Positions 19,398 to 29,095 of a stretch of DNA of 64,000 nucleotides are shown here, piece by piece. Below the pieces are notes generated by a model, which saw only the letters and a list, made by a program, of their open reading frames with translations, did no database searches and had not been told where the DNA came from. The stretch lies in the sequence record OR983334.1; one strand, 5' to 3'. Position numbers and translations under genes: made by a program. This stretch comes from Escherichia phage 1-6bf. Positions within the stretch are counted from its first letter, which is position 1. Every line of letters begins with the position of its first letter.

Positions 19398-19871
19398 TTA
19401 ACTCTCGTCCGCTTCCTCCCCCTTTTCAGCGTCCTCAGAGTTGTCTTCTTCTGGAGGCATAACGTCGATACCAAGTGCTCCAGTCAAGAAGTCCTTGATT
19501 TGTGCATTCAATGATTCTTCGTTGATTACATTCTCTTCCTCAATCTTAACTTCAACAGAGGCCGCCTTAGGATATACCAGATCTGCAACTTTTGATGCAG
19601 CCTTGAATCTAAGATCGGGTGGAATATTAGGATCTTCGTAAATTTGAATTAACACTTCATCAGGAGACAAATGACTTGCAGCAACACGGTCCAACATTAA
19701 TTGTGTCAGTTTACCTCTACTACCTCTGGGTCGTCCGAATTTATTTCCCTTTTGAAACTTCCCATTGCTTGGGTTCATACCACGGCTTTCGAGTTCTTCC
19801 GTTACTCCGGGTAATCTTCCTGTAATCTCAGCTACCTGTGCAGGCGTGAGTTCTCCGTTTTCTCCAAACAT
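19398..19871 (-). CDS. Terminase small subunit candidate
   Basis: 157 aa ORF immediately upstream of the large subunit; basic N-terminal part, acidic tail. Confidence 0.35.
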   Translation of the reverse strand: MFGENGELTPAQVAEITGRLPGVTEELESRGMNPSNGKFQKGNKFGRPRGSRGKLTQLMLDRVAASHLSPDEVLIQIYEDPNIPPDLRFKAASKVADLVYPKAASVEVKIEEENVINEESLNAQIKDFLTGALGIDVMPPEEDNSEDAEKGEEADES

Positions 19872-19927
19872 TTTATACTCCTTCTACATTATCAACAACA
19901 CAAAAAGCCTCCCAATGGAGGCAAATA

Positions 19928-20611
19928 TTACTTACAATCACCAACGGACAGGTTAAACATCTTACCTAGAGCAATCGTCTCACCTTCCCACGGAAGTTCT
20001 ACACCCTTCTCTTCCTCTAAAAGAATAGAGCCGTCGACCAAAAATTTTTCGTAGTCTCGCAGTGCGTCGTCTACTAGCTCACTCTTGTGAATCCACGTAA
20101 TTGTTTCTGTACCATCCTCTTCGATTCGAACATCACGATGCCATTCATCTTTGGAGGTAATGTAATCATGGAGCATTTCATATTCAGCTTCTTCAATCAT
20201 CTCAATCATTGCACGAGCGTAGTCAGGGAGATGATCATGTTTAGTAGATTCGTATTCAACTACTTCCAGAGTGGACGGTGCTGATTTAGTTTTAGAATTA
20301 GGGCGAGTAGTATGAATCAAGTCTAACATGTTTTTGTTCTCCGTAATATTTGGTTTAAGAATGCTTCCACTATATAAATCTTGTACAGCCAGTCCTGAAA
20401 CATTTCCCATAGTTTCTAAATGTTGTAAGCTACAACCAGAACGACACAGCTGTGAATTATACTCGTTAAGGTCCATCGCTTTAGTGTGGAAAGGAGAACC
20501 AGAAGGGAAGCTACCTCCATAAACACCTTCCATATTAACTGCGATTATTTTATTATTCATCTGTCTCTCCCTTGCTGTAATCTTTAAATGTTTCATATTT
20601 GTACGATGCAA
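19928..20611 (-). CDS. Hypothetical protein (227 aa)
   Basis: ORF track. Confidence 0.3.
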   Translation of the reverse strand: MHRTNMKHLKITARERQMNNKIIAVNMEGVYGGSFPSGSPFHTKAMDLNEYNSQLCRSGCSLQHLETMGNVSGLAVQDLYSGSILKPNITENKNMLDLIHTTRPNSKTKSAPSTLEVVEYESTKHDHLPDYARAMIEMIEEAEYEMLHDYITSKDEWHRDVRIEEDGTETITWIHKSELVDDALRDYEKFLVDGSILLEEEKGVELPWEGETIALGKMFNLSVGDCK

Positions 20612-20819
20612 ATGCTCTGAAGAATAGCCAACCTAAACTGCTAACATCCATCGTAACATCAAAATCTGTTTCATCATCCAAGTCAACCAGACGACCAATA
20701 CAAGTGAGTTCCATAATCTCACCATCTCCATACTTATCAGAGGATTCTTTGATGAAGGCACATTTCTCCGTTCTGAACCGTGGAATCAACTCTGATAAAA
20801 AGTCTAATACTAAATTCAT
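20553..20819 (-). CDS. Hypothetical protein (88 aa)
   Basis: ORF track. Confidence 0.25.
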   Translation of the reverse strand: MNLVLDFLSELIPRFRTEKCAFIKESSDKYGDGEIMELTCIGRLVDLDDETDFDVTMDVSSLGWLFFRAFASYKYETFKDYSKGETDE

Positions 20820-21033
20820 AATTCTTCTCCTCTGAATAAGAGTATAAAGGGCACATCATAAGACCTACCCGTAAAGGCACCCTCACATTGACACCCGTGA
20901 GCATACCTGTATTCATTTTCGTAGTCTTCTTCAGAGAAGCTACCATATTCATCTTCAGTCATAAATCCCTCTGATAAAGTTAAGACATAAAGGGGACTTC
21001 ATGTTAAGGCACCCCCATAAAGGCCATGTCACG

Positions 21034-21240
21034 TTAAGGCTTATCCACCCACGTACTGAATCTCAACTTACCACATTCCTTACACTTCCATGTTGATAGA
21101 TACAAACCATGTATTCTTTCATCCCCGTAAGCTTTACGAAGAAGATAGTAATTGTGCTTACACTTCATCCGTCTAAATACTTTAATTAGATTCATTAAGT
21201 CCTCTCTTAAGCTTAAATCCACAACATAAAGTTGGGGCAT
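21034..21240 (-). CDS. Small Cys-rich protein (68 aa)
   Basis: CKHNYY..CKECGK pairs suggest a zinc ribbon. Confidence 0.3.
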   Translation of the reverse strand: MPQLYVVDLSLREDLMNLIKVFRRMKCKHNYYLLRKAYGDERIHGLYLSTWKCKECGKLRFSTWVDKP

Positions 21241-21379
21241 ATTCTTATATATAAGAGTTTAAAATTCTGATTTGGCCGAGTGGGGCTAGCCGCTTCCCGC
21301 GCGTTTCCTAAAAAGGGGGAGTCCTCATTTAAAAAAGGGTTATTGGCAATGCCTTTACCTTCCCTTTCAACGTTCCACC

Positions 21380-21860
21380 TTTCCCCGTGCCTACTCCCCG
21401 TAGTTATTCCCCCGTGTATACTACCCAATACATTACCTACCCGTTTATTTAGTTCCCCTTTAAAGGGTGAGAGAAAGGCTAGCACTGTATAAACTAGTAC
21501 AGGCACAACCATAACAGGTCTGATAATACCGTATTGTTACCGTTCCAATGGCAGCGTTAGCGTCGCATTCCCCCCACAGTTTGAGTGTAAATAGTTTCAA
21601 TAGTAATGATTATGAGTGCAATAATGATGTATGTATTAATTAAGTGGAAAGATAGTAATTAACAGTTATTATATTCTTTTATTACTTTCTTTTTTCAGCG
21701 TACATGAGCGTAGCGAATGGTCTTTGATGTTTGAGTTATACAATTATTTAAGTGGTATATTATTACCGCACTATCTTGCATGTTTCCCCGTGGTCTGTCC
21801 TGCGGTTGTTGTATCCCCGTTTGTCCTGGTCTGTTGGTCTGTTACCCGTAGTGTTATAAA
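21380..21860. repeat. Iteron-like cluster (CCCCGT x5, ACCCGT x2, GGTCTGT x3) flanking an AT-rich block
   Basis: Direct reading: ttccccgtgcc, ctccccgtag, tcccccgtgt, ctacccgttta, tttccccgtgg, tatccccgtttg, ttacccgtag; AT-rich stretch about 21590-21720. Confidence 0.5.
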
Positions 21861-21960
21861 GTAACAATAAGAAGTAAGCTGATTCTCTGAGTATGGAAAG
21901 TTTAGTAAATTAAATTCCTTTAGTTTTCAGTAGGATGCAAGAAAGTTAGAAAATAGATGG

Positions 21961-21988
21961 TTGACAGTCTTTTCCTTTAATATATAGT
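21961..21988 (+). promoter_or_regulatory. Sigma70-type promoter for rightward early genes
   Basis: TTGACA, 16 nt spacer, TATAGT; about 40 nt upstream of the 22027 gene. Confidence 0.5.
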
Positions 21989-22026
21989 TGTCGATAGTTG
22001 GTTGAATTTATCTAAGGAGTAACGAA

Positions 22027-22524
22027 ATGGCTAAAGCAATGCAGGTAGTTAATCTGGCAAGTTATGCACTAGTTGCAGCGATTGGTGTTAGTGCACTGGT
22101 CACATCTCTTTCTGATAAGGCTATCGCTAGTCCTACTCCTACTCCTGCAACTGATGCGGCTAGTGTCTTCTCTAGTTCCATCAATAAGGGTTGGATGATT
22201 TGTAACGGTGCTGATAGTGATGGCACTTCCATCGTGTTAAAGATGAAATTTAGCAACGTTACTAATGATGGTGTTCTCTTTCAATCTAAAACGCTAGATA
22301 ATCAGCCTAACAGTGATTTGGTGCTTAAGCGTACCGATAACGATATGGATATGGTGACATTTGGCACTGTACAACGTTATGAAGACGTTAAAGCCGTTAC
22401 TAATCTTGTGAGTTATGGTCCGGTTAATGAGTCGATGATCGCCACAACTGTTTACAATAACGCTGACAACGCTGTTTATACTGTTCACGTTAATTTAGCC
22501 AACTGCATTAAGGCTAGTAAGTGA
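22027..22524 (+). CDS. Secreted early protein (165 aa)
   Basis: N-terminal signal-peptide-like MAKAMQVVNLASYALVAAIGVSALVTS; GGAGT RBS. Confidence 0.45.
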   Translation: MAKAMQVVNLASYALVAAIGVSALVTSLSDKAIASPTPTPATDAASVFSSSINKGWMICNGADSDGTSIVLKMKFSNVTNDGVLFQSKTLDNQPNSDLVLKRTDNDMDMVTFGTVQRYEDVKAVTNLVSYGPVNESMIATTVYNNADNAVYTVHVNLANCIKASK

Positions 22525-22560
22525 ATAAATTAATTTGCCAATCTTTTGGGAGTATAAATA

Positions 22561-22812
22561 ATGGCTATTAAAGAAGTTGAATTATCTAACGACTTTTCTT
22601 GTTTTGTTGGCGATACTGCTATCATGTTTAATACGCTTGATGGTCAGCTTATCGTGCCTATTATCACTTTTTGCAAAATGGATTTTCAGTCAGCTAAAAA
22701 ATGGTTGAAATTTGCTGGCCTTGAAATTACCCGTGCTGATTTTCGTGACATCTATATCAAAGGTGATTTGTCACTGGCTAACCTGTTAAGTGAAAGATTG
22801 ATACATGACTAA
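22561..22812 (+). CDS. Hypothetical early protein
   Basis: ORF track. Confidence 0.35.
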   Translation: MAIKEVELSNDFSCFVGDTAIMFNTLDGQLIVPIITFCKMDFQSAKKWLKFAGLEITRADFRDIYIKGDLSLANLLSERLIHD

Positions 22813-23059
22813 AGAGCATAGCTTTACTATTCCGACTCACAATTATGGTGAGATTGATTTCTCATATACTGATGACTCTGACAAGTGTCTAATCTTGTTT
22901 ATTGTCGGCGATAATATTAAGACGGTGAGCTTTCCCGCTGTTGCTTTGATCATGGATACCCTCCTAGCTGGTCAGTATTTGGCGCAACGTCGGATTCTCT
23001 TATCGCTGGAAGAAATCGAACTGCTCAGAGTAGCACTATTTAAGGGTAAAGGCAACTAA
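22805..23059 (+). CDS. Hypothetical early protein
   Basis: ORF track; start overlaps upstream stop. Confidence 0.35.
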   Translation: MTKEHSFTIPTHNYGEIDFSYTDDSDKCLILFIVGDNIKTVSFPAVALIMDTLLAGQYLAQRRILLSLEEIELLRVALFKGKGN

Positions 23060-23258
23060 TGATTCATGATTATTTTTGGCGTTGCTTGTTCGTTGTTACA
23101 GTGGCGTTATTCGTCGCTGACATGCTTTATTCTTACGTTCTTTAAGGTCTGTTGTGCTGTTTTTGTTTTTTGTTTGTCGTGGGCTTCATTTCTTTAAACT
23201 ATTTACTGATTGTTGCCGCTCTCGATTTGCTTAATCTCAATATTAAAGGTTAATTGCT

Positions 23259-23624
23259 ATGTGGTTTATTAAATTCGTCGTTAAAACGATTGTAGGCTTC
23301 TTCCTTGTCGTTCTCCTGTTAGGTGTCCTGCTGTCAGCTATGGGTAGCGTTAAGGCTGCAACGTTCTCCCCTGCTACGGTTGACGGTTTACAGTGCACCT
23401 ATATTGTAGAAAACTATGACACTGGTAAAAAGTCACCTAAAGTTATTATTTTACATGTAAATGATTTCGATCATGTACAATCATATGATAAAACTATTCA
23501 ACTGGTAAATGAAACCACTGGTAAGCAAATTACGGTCGATCACTTGATGCGCTCATCGTTGACGCTCTTTGATGAGTCTATGAATGAAATGGCATCCGGT
23601 AACGGTCAATGTGTAAATCCATAG
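23259..23624 (+). CDS. Membrane-anchored early protein (121 aa)
   Basis: N-terminal hydrophobic segment FIKFVVKTIVGFFLVVLLLGVLLSAMG. Confidence 0.4.
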   Translation: MWFIKFVVKTIVGFFLVVLLLGVLLSAMGSVKAATFSPATVDGLQCTYIVENYDTGKKSPKVIILHVNDFDHVQSYDKTIQLVNETTGKQITVDHLMRSSLTLFDESMNEMASGNGQCVNP

Positions 23625-24007
23625 GCTTAATCTTTCTTCTGTATTGTGCCGTAGTCATGCCTATGGTCATAATCTATCTGATTCTCTAATCCTTCCTGTA
23701 AGCCTCCTAGTGAGGCTTTTCTCTTTTATGAGGTGAGTGTATGCCTTACTCCCTTTTAGCTCGTTGTGATGCGTTTTAGGCCGCTAAATATCGCTTTACA
23801 AGCCGTTTTCTATGATGTATCGCGTGCGCCTGCTCTTTTACCTTCCTATAGTGAAAAAGTTTAAAATAATTTGCTTTACCCTATTGCAATCTCATCTGAT
23901 TAGCGTATACTTCATTTCATCGGGTACGATGTAAAACATACAAGGCAAGAAATTGCCCCGCTCTTTAAAAATCAGGTTAGAAAGTGAAAATATTCTCAAA
24001 AAGAGTA

Positions 24008-24036
24008 TTGACACCGAAAACAGCCTGATATATAGT
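24008..24036 (+). promoter_or_regulatory. Strong sigma70-type promoter P1
   Basis: TTGACA, 17 nt, TATAGT, then GAGCAT; A-rich upstream element. Confidence 0.6.
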
Positions 24037-24139
24037 GAGCATAGTCAGCGATGACTTAAAAAATCCCGCTCTTTAAAAACTTATCATCTTGCCCTTTCGC
24101 ATAGATTCACGCGAGATAAGGGAAAGGAATTAAAAGAAG

Positions 24140-24274
24140 ATGATAAAAAGAGTTGCAAACGTGGTTAAAGTAGTCCATACTAACCACAAGTTAGCAGATA
24201 CACCGCTAACAAGTTCCCAAATCAACGTATCGCGGGAAAAGTGGCACATAGTGCAGCGAGTAGTTCGGGTGTAG
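24140..24274 (+). CDS. Candidate small basic ORF (44 aa) in leader region
   Basis: ATG preceded by GGAAAGGA; below the ORF-track size cutoff; weak support. Confidence 0.2.
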   Translation: MIKRVANVVKVVHTNHKLADTPLTSSQINVSREKWHIVQRVVRV

Positions 24275-24455
24275 GCGGCCCGTTAATGAATAAGTAAGCC
24301 TTAAATGTGACAGTGATTAGCAGACACTCTAAAAGGCTAACGCTCTTTAACAATATGAATCATAAGTTAAGCATCACCGCTTAATCTTCAATCAAATAAA
24401 GCTGATTGATATATCCTCCCAATAGCGGGAACGACGAAAAAAGATTAAAAAGCGG

Positions 24456-24484
24456 TTGACAGCGAAAACAACATGATTCATAAT
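24456..24484 (+). promoter_or_regulatory. Strong sigma70-type promoter P2 (duplicate of P1)
   Basis: TTGACA, 17 nt, CATAAT, then GAGCAT; spacer nearly identical to P1. Confidence 0.6.
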
Positions 24485-25404
24485 GAGCATCACTTAAGCA
24501 AATCACCGCTTAAGGAAAGCGTAACAACGGCTAACAGTTGCATAGTGTGAGAAAGCACACTGATAGATTTACCGCTCTTTAATAATTTAAACATTCTCCT
24601 ATATCGGTTGAATATGCTGGATGATAATAACCATCGGAAAGCATACCAGATAAAACGGCGTAAAACTCCCTAAATTATCAGGGTAAACAGTTTTACATTC
24701 CCTTACTGGAAACGTCACCACTGGTAAACGGATTCATTGAGTGCACGCAAAGGCTTAAGCTAATCGCCCACGGTTAAGGGTAGCGGCGGTCATCGCTAAC
24801 AAGGCGCTACAGTGAAAGAAGTTAATCAGGGTAGGCAATCCCGACGAATTAACGCCCAATTGAGGGCGGCGGGGAGTGGTTAAAAGTGGCAAATTGCTAT
24901 TTAACAATAAGGTTTAGTGTGAACGTTTACGATGTGAACGGCTTGAGATTCATCTTATGATGAAAGTACATAGTCGGGTAATGTAGTAAACTCGCTGAAA
25001 GATATAAAACGTCGGAATATTAGGCGGTTAGTGACTCTTTCGCAATAGTATCCCGTAGTGGGCGATGACTAGCGATAGAGAGCTGATATAAAAGGATAGG
25101 CGAGAGCGAAAGCAAAGTGGACGATATTGCCGACGGTTACAATAATGTAACTAATTAGAGTCGGACACACAGCCTTATTGTGATGATTGATCATCGCTAT
25201 CAGGTCGGCTTCGTTTATAGCGACTAATTAAAGATACCAGATGAAACATCACGGATAAGGGGGCGGCAAGGTTAACTCCTGATAAGACCGCCCCGCTTAC
25301 CTATAACTACTTAACAACGAGTGGTTATAGTTAAGTTAATAGTGACTTAAACAAGCTCATAGAGAGCGGGGCAATAGCGCCCTTACAATTGAAAGGTGAA
25401 TATC

Positions 25405-26304
25405 ATGGCTAAAATCTTTACTCTGGTTAACGAATCCGGTTTTAATGCTCTGGCTAACAACATTCGCAGTAATAACGCGGCGATCAAACAAGATGTTTCT
25501 AACTTCCTGTTAGGGCACTTACAGCACTTCCGCAGTAATGGTAAGAAGCTGGACGTATTGCAGGCGGCGGTTGACTTCTTGTTAACTGAACGTTTCCGTG
25601 ATATGGATGTTATTGCCACTGCAATTACTTTCTTAACTCCTATCAAGTTTAACACTGATGCGGCAAACGGTCGTAAAAAGTGGATTAATCTGGAAGGTGA
25701 AGCGAAAGCGAAAGAAGATGCGAAAGAAGCGCAAATTAAGGCCAAAATGGAACAAAATCGAGCTCGCTGGTCAAATGCTTTCGAAAATTTTGCCCTCGGT
25801 CGTGAAATTGAAGTCGATAACCCTAACTTTTACAAGGGTTGCAATGACAACGTAGCGGCACACCTGCAAATACCTGCGAAAAACAAGGAAGATTTTAATC
25901 AGGATATTTACGCTTTAGTTGAACGCTTGAATGCAATCCGTATCGAAGCCAAATTGCTGGCTGATGAGCGCAACGGCGCTACTAGCGATAATACTATCGC
26001 CTTAAGTGAAGAAGTCGGCAAGGTTAAAAAGTCTTTCGACTCACTCATCAAGAAAGTAACGGCCTCAACGGTAGCGATCTCCGATGACTATCTGATGAAC
26101 GCATCAAGCAAGGAATTAGAATCCCTCGATTCATACGCTGATGAAATGGAAAAGACTATCGCAGCTATGCAGGAGAAGTTAGAAGGACTGCGCAGTCGTA
26201 TCTCTTCAACGGTTGCTACCCGTACCGAACAAGCGGCGAAAGCAGAAGAGGAAGAAGTATTGCGTAAAGCGGCTGAAATTATGGCGGCACGCCAAGCGGC
26301 ATAA
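25405..26304 (+). CDS. Hypothetical early protein (about 300 aa, helical)
   Basis: ATG at 25405 with AGGTG RBS; ORF track frame. Confidence 0.45.
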   Translation: MAKIFTLVNESGFNALANNIRSNNAAIKQDVSNFLLGHLQHFRSNGKKLDVLQAAVDFLLTERFRDMDVIATAITFLTPIKFNTDAANGRKKWINLEGEAKAKEDAKEAQIKAKMEQNRARWSNAFENFALGREIEVDNPNFYKGCNDNVAAHLQIPAKNKEDFNQDIYALVERLNAIRIEAKLLADERNGATSDNTIALSEEVGKVKKSFDSLIKKVTASTVAISDDYLMNASSKELESLDSYADEMEKTIAAMQEKLEGLRSRISSTVATRTEQAAKAEEEEVLRKAAEIMAARQAA

Positions 26305-26338
26305 GTAAGACAATTCAAATAAGCATAAGGCGCTATCT

Positions 26339-26372
26339 TAACGGGTAGCGCCTTTTCTTTTATCAGTGCATT
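26339..26372 (+). terminator. Rho-independent terminator
   Basis: GGCGCTA..TAGCGCC hairpin followed by TTTTCTTTT. Confidence 0.5.
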
Positions 26373-26406
26373 GATTCAGTGCATTAATCAAAGAATCTAA
26401 TCAAAG

Positions 26407-26634
26407 GTGACGATCATGTTAATTACACATACCACGATCTATAGGAATCTTGTCAACGGTCAACATTACCGCCTATCTAAAAAGTATGGCGTTGAATGTA
26501 AATGTGTTATTACCGGTGAATGGTATCCGTCTCCAATGAAGATTGAGACGTTGGAACGTGAAGCGATCAGCTATATTATCACGCAAGAAACAACGTTAGG
26601 CCGTATCTTAAGAAAGTTGGGATTAAGAAAATGA
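26407..26634 (+). CDS. Hypothetical protein (75 aa)
   Basis: ORF track. Confidence 0.3.
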   Translation: MTIMLITHTTIYRNLVNGQHYRLSKKYGVECKCVITGEWYPSPMKIETLEREAISYIITQETTLGRILRKLGLRK

Positions 26635-26855
26635 TATTCAGTAGCAATTTTGGTAAGTGTCCTATTTGTGAGAAACATCGCAGCACGGGAAACCATCGCA
26701 AATGTAGTAAGATATTACAGCGCCAACGTGATGACAATCATTGGGATACTGTACACGCTAATCAGCGTAAAGAAGAAGTTAGAAAAATGGCTGTTAAAGC
26801 GTCCTTTGCTCAATCCACCCGTATTGAACACATCCAAAGGTATCAAGCATTATGA
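26631..26855 (+). CDS. Small Cys/His-containing protein (74 aa)
   Basis: ORF track; CPICEKHRSTGNHRKC. Confidence 0.3.
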   Translation: MIFSSNFGKCPICEKHRSTGNHRKCSKILQRQRDDNHWDTVHANQRKEEVRKMAVKASFAQSTRIEHIQRYQAL

Positions 26856-27061
26856 TCACTAATATTTCAGAGTTTAAGAAAGCTCCCTCCCGACTGTTAG
26901 GTCGTCGTGTTGTATATCTTTACAGCAACAAAGGTAAATGCACAACCGGACGAATTACAACGGTGAGTAGTGCCAATAAGAAACTACTAAAGTTGTGTGT
27001 AACTATGGATGACGGTACAATCCTTCTACGTAGTTGGAAATCGTTTAGTTTACTTGATTAA
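26852..27061 (+). CDS. Hypothetical protein (69 aa)
   Basis: ORF track. Confidence 0.3.
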   Translation: MITNISEFKKAPSRLLGRRVVYLYSNKGKCTTGRITTVSSANKKLLKLCVTMDDGTILLRSWKSFSLLD

Positions 27062-27130
27062 GTTATTTGTTCAAGCCTATCGCCTTGATGGGCTTGCCCG
27101 ATATAACTTATCACTGAAAGGAATAAGATT

Positions 27131-27574
27131 GTGGCTAAATCTAAAATCAGCATGAAGGGCGGTCGTTGTTTTTCTATTTCTGAATTGGAGAAAGAGAAGC
27201 CAAAGGCAACCAATCACGTTAGTAAGCGTAGTTTAAAACGTCGTGCTGCAAAGGCTGAAGCTGAATCCCATGTTCCTTCTAGTGTGGCAAAACGTGTAGG
27301 CCATCGTGTCCATCGTGCTGATGCGTTGTTGTTAGCTGATCATAAACGTTCTTTGTTACAGAGCGGGGGCGCTAAAACAGAAGAAGAGAAGAAGTTAGAA
27401 ATCTTCTGTAATGGTCGCACCCGTGGTAAGCAGAAGTTTAAAGGTAGCACGAAAGACCCGCAAGCATTCCCTAAGACAAGTCAGTGTGCGCCTGATGTTT
27501 TCTACGCAGATAGTAAACATAAATGGGGCGTTGAGAAATACATTGACCCCATCAAAGAGGCGAGGGTAAAATGA
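27131..27574 (+). CDS. Basic Lys/Arg-rich protein (147 aa)
   Basis: ORF track; strongly basic composition. Confidence 0.35.
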   Translation: MAKSKISMKGGRCFSISELEKEKPKATNHVSKRSLKRRAAKAEAESHVPSSVAKRVGHRVHRADALLLADHKRSLLQSGGAKTEEEKKLEIFCNGRTRGKQKFKGSTKDPQAFPKTSQCAPDVFYADSKHKWGVEKYIDPIKEARVK

Positions 27575-27744
27575 TTTATTCAGAGATTCTAAATAAAGTC
27601 AGAGAGATGCGGCAAGGTGATGCAGTAGTTGATGTTCTGGTCCATCTGGTAGCATCCTTGCAAGAAGAAAACGAATTGGTTAAACAAGAAAACAAGGCAT
27701 TAAGGAAGGCAATAAGTAACCTCTCCAATAGCCTCTCTTTTTAG
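27571..27744 (+). CDS. Small helical protein (57 aa)
   Basis: ATGA start/stop overlap with upstream gene; my translation MIYSEILNKVREMRQGD.. Confidence 0.3.
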   Translation: MIYSEILNKVREMRQGDAVVDVLVHLVASLQEENELVKQENKALRKAISNLSNSLSF

Positions 27745-27800
27745 TACTATGACGCTCTTTCTGTAGCGTCGTGCCCTCTCCCCATTTGAAGCTTCCGCAT

Positions 27801-27824
27801 AGCCGCCTTTGAGCGGCTTTTTGC
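27801..27824 (+). terminator. Rho-independent terminator (first of a tandem pair)
   Basis: AGCCGCCTTTGAGCGGCT followed by TTTTG. Confidence 0.45.
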
Positions 27825-27885
27825 GTTGCTGTAAGTGCATTTGCGAGTGTATTTATAGCAACGGTCATGTGTTGCTTTCAGGTTT

Positions 27886-27911
27886 GCCCCGGCTACGGCT
27901 GGGGCTTTTTT
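27886..27911 (+). terminator. Rho-independent terminator (second of the pair)
   Basis: GCCCCGGCTACGGCTGGGGC followed by TTTTTT. Confidence 0.55.
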
Positions 27912-27960
27912 ATGCCCGTAAAACAGGAGGTAGCAAGTTCTGATAACAACGGCCCAGCTA

Positions 27961-28350
27961 ATGTTGACATTGACTATTTATTATGAGGCAGGGAATCAGC
28001 CAACCGCATGTAAGGCTTTAGTTGCGGATACCGTGATAAATAGAATGGCCCAACGAAAACTGACCGCTGAACAGGTGATAAGACAAAAGAACCAGTTTGA
28101 GTGGATTCCGGTACTATTAAAACAGGAGAAACCTTATAAACGTTATGTAAAGCTGATTCGTGATAAAAATCCGATGACTAAACAAGCCATTGGAGAAAGC
28201 GAGCGGTTAGCTAAACGTGCCCTTAAGAAGAATTATGTTCCTCTGTATAGTGGGACTTACTTTCAGAGTAAGAGCGAAGGGGTGCCAAAATGGTATGCCA
28301 ATCCTATGTATTGTGGTGATTTAGTGTTCGATAATAGCTCTAGGGAATAA
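27961..28350 (+). CDS. Hypothetical protein (129 aa)
   Basis: ORF track. Confidence 0.35.
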   Translation: MLTLTIYYEAGNQPTACKALVADTVINRMAQRKLTAEQVIRQKNQFEWIPVLLKQEKPYKRYVKLIRDKNPMTKQAIGESERLAKRALKKNYVPLYSGTYFQSKSEGVPKWYANPMYCGDLVFDNSSRE

Positions 28351-28549
28351 TCACTAGTGCCAGATTTGACAAACTAAATTCCTTTATAAACCAACCACTT
28401 AGTAAATTTATTGAAAAAGATGGCAGTATTCTGGAACTATGGGTAATGCTCTGTATATAGACCCTTTGAAAATTTCTTAGAAAATAAGTTTACTAAATAT
28501 AACTTACTTAAATAATATTACTTTTAATCTCTGATAAAGGGTAAATAAT

Positions 28550-28846
28550 ATGACTTTAGAAGTATATAAATTCCTTTTTGTAAGCTGTTTAACTATCAGC
28601 GTTCTAGGATTTATTATTCTCAGAAACAAAGCAGCAAGCTGGGAGAGAATGTATAAATCCCTAGTTCGAGTGGATGAGATGTATAATGAGAAAGTTAAAG
28701 TAACACTTAACGATCTTATTATGCAAGTAGAGGACAGAAACAAGCGTCTTCAGAACCTCAACAATGAAGTATTACGCCTTGCTCGTGCTAATGAAGACTT
28801 GCGAGTAGCTATTGCTAAGCAGCAGGAGATTAACAATGAAGCATGA
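28550..28846 (+). CDS. Membrane-anchored coiled-coil protein (98 aa)
   Basis: N-terminal hydrophobic segment then heptad-like region (NKRLQNLNNEVLRLARANEDLRVAIAK). Confidence 0.35.
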   Translation: MTLEVYKFLFVSCLTISVLGFIILRNKAASWERMYKSLVRVDEMYNEKVKVTLNDLIMQVEDRNKRLQNLNNEVLRLARANEDLRVAIAKQQEINNEA

Positions 28847-29093
28847 TATTAATACAGCCCCTGTAGTCAAGCAGCTGAAAGATCTGAAGGTGGGAAGTGT
28901 TTTTGAAACTGTGCCACCTAAAAATAAATTATATCTTACAGTAAAGCTAGATTCCTCAACCGTTTATTCAGCTAGTTGGAAGTCTGATGAAAGGGTAGTA
29001 GTAGATCTCACTTCGGATAGAATAACAATGTTGAGAAAAGATACTGTTGTTCAGGTAGTTGATAATGCTCGACTTACCAATAAGGTGGATTAA
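28836..29093 (+). CDS. Small protein, paralog family A member 1
   Basis: ATG with AGGAG RBS; shares DLKxGxVF and downstream hydrophobic blocks with seven other ORFs. Confidence 0.45.
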   Translation: MKHDINTAPVVKQLKDLKVGSVFETVPPKNKLYLTVKLDSSTVYSASWKSDERVVVDLTSDRITMLRKDTVVQVVDNARLTNKVD

Positions 29094-29095
29094 AG

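Noticed and set aside
720-21000. Numerous 60-120 aa plus-strand ORFs inside the minus-strand structural genes (e.g. 1414-1641, 3257-3454, 8116-8298, 9679-9930, 10371-10706, 16077-16376)
   Set aside because: They lie antisense within long, well-supported genes and lack RBS context; typical shadow ORFs.
23630-25400. CRISPR array or tandem-repeat locus in the ORF-free leader
   Set aside because: The recurring CGCTCTTTAA motifs are short and irregularly spaced (108, 274 and 232 bp), not a regular repeat-spacer structure.
28550-28846. Membrane-anchored coiled-coil protein as an i-spanin
   Set aside because: The topology fits, but it is far from the endolysin in the early region and no embedded or adjacent lipoprotein o-spanin partner is evident.
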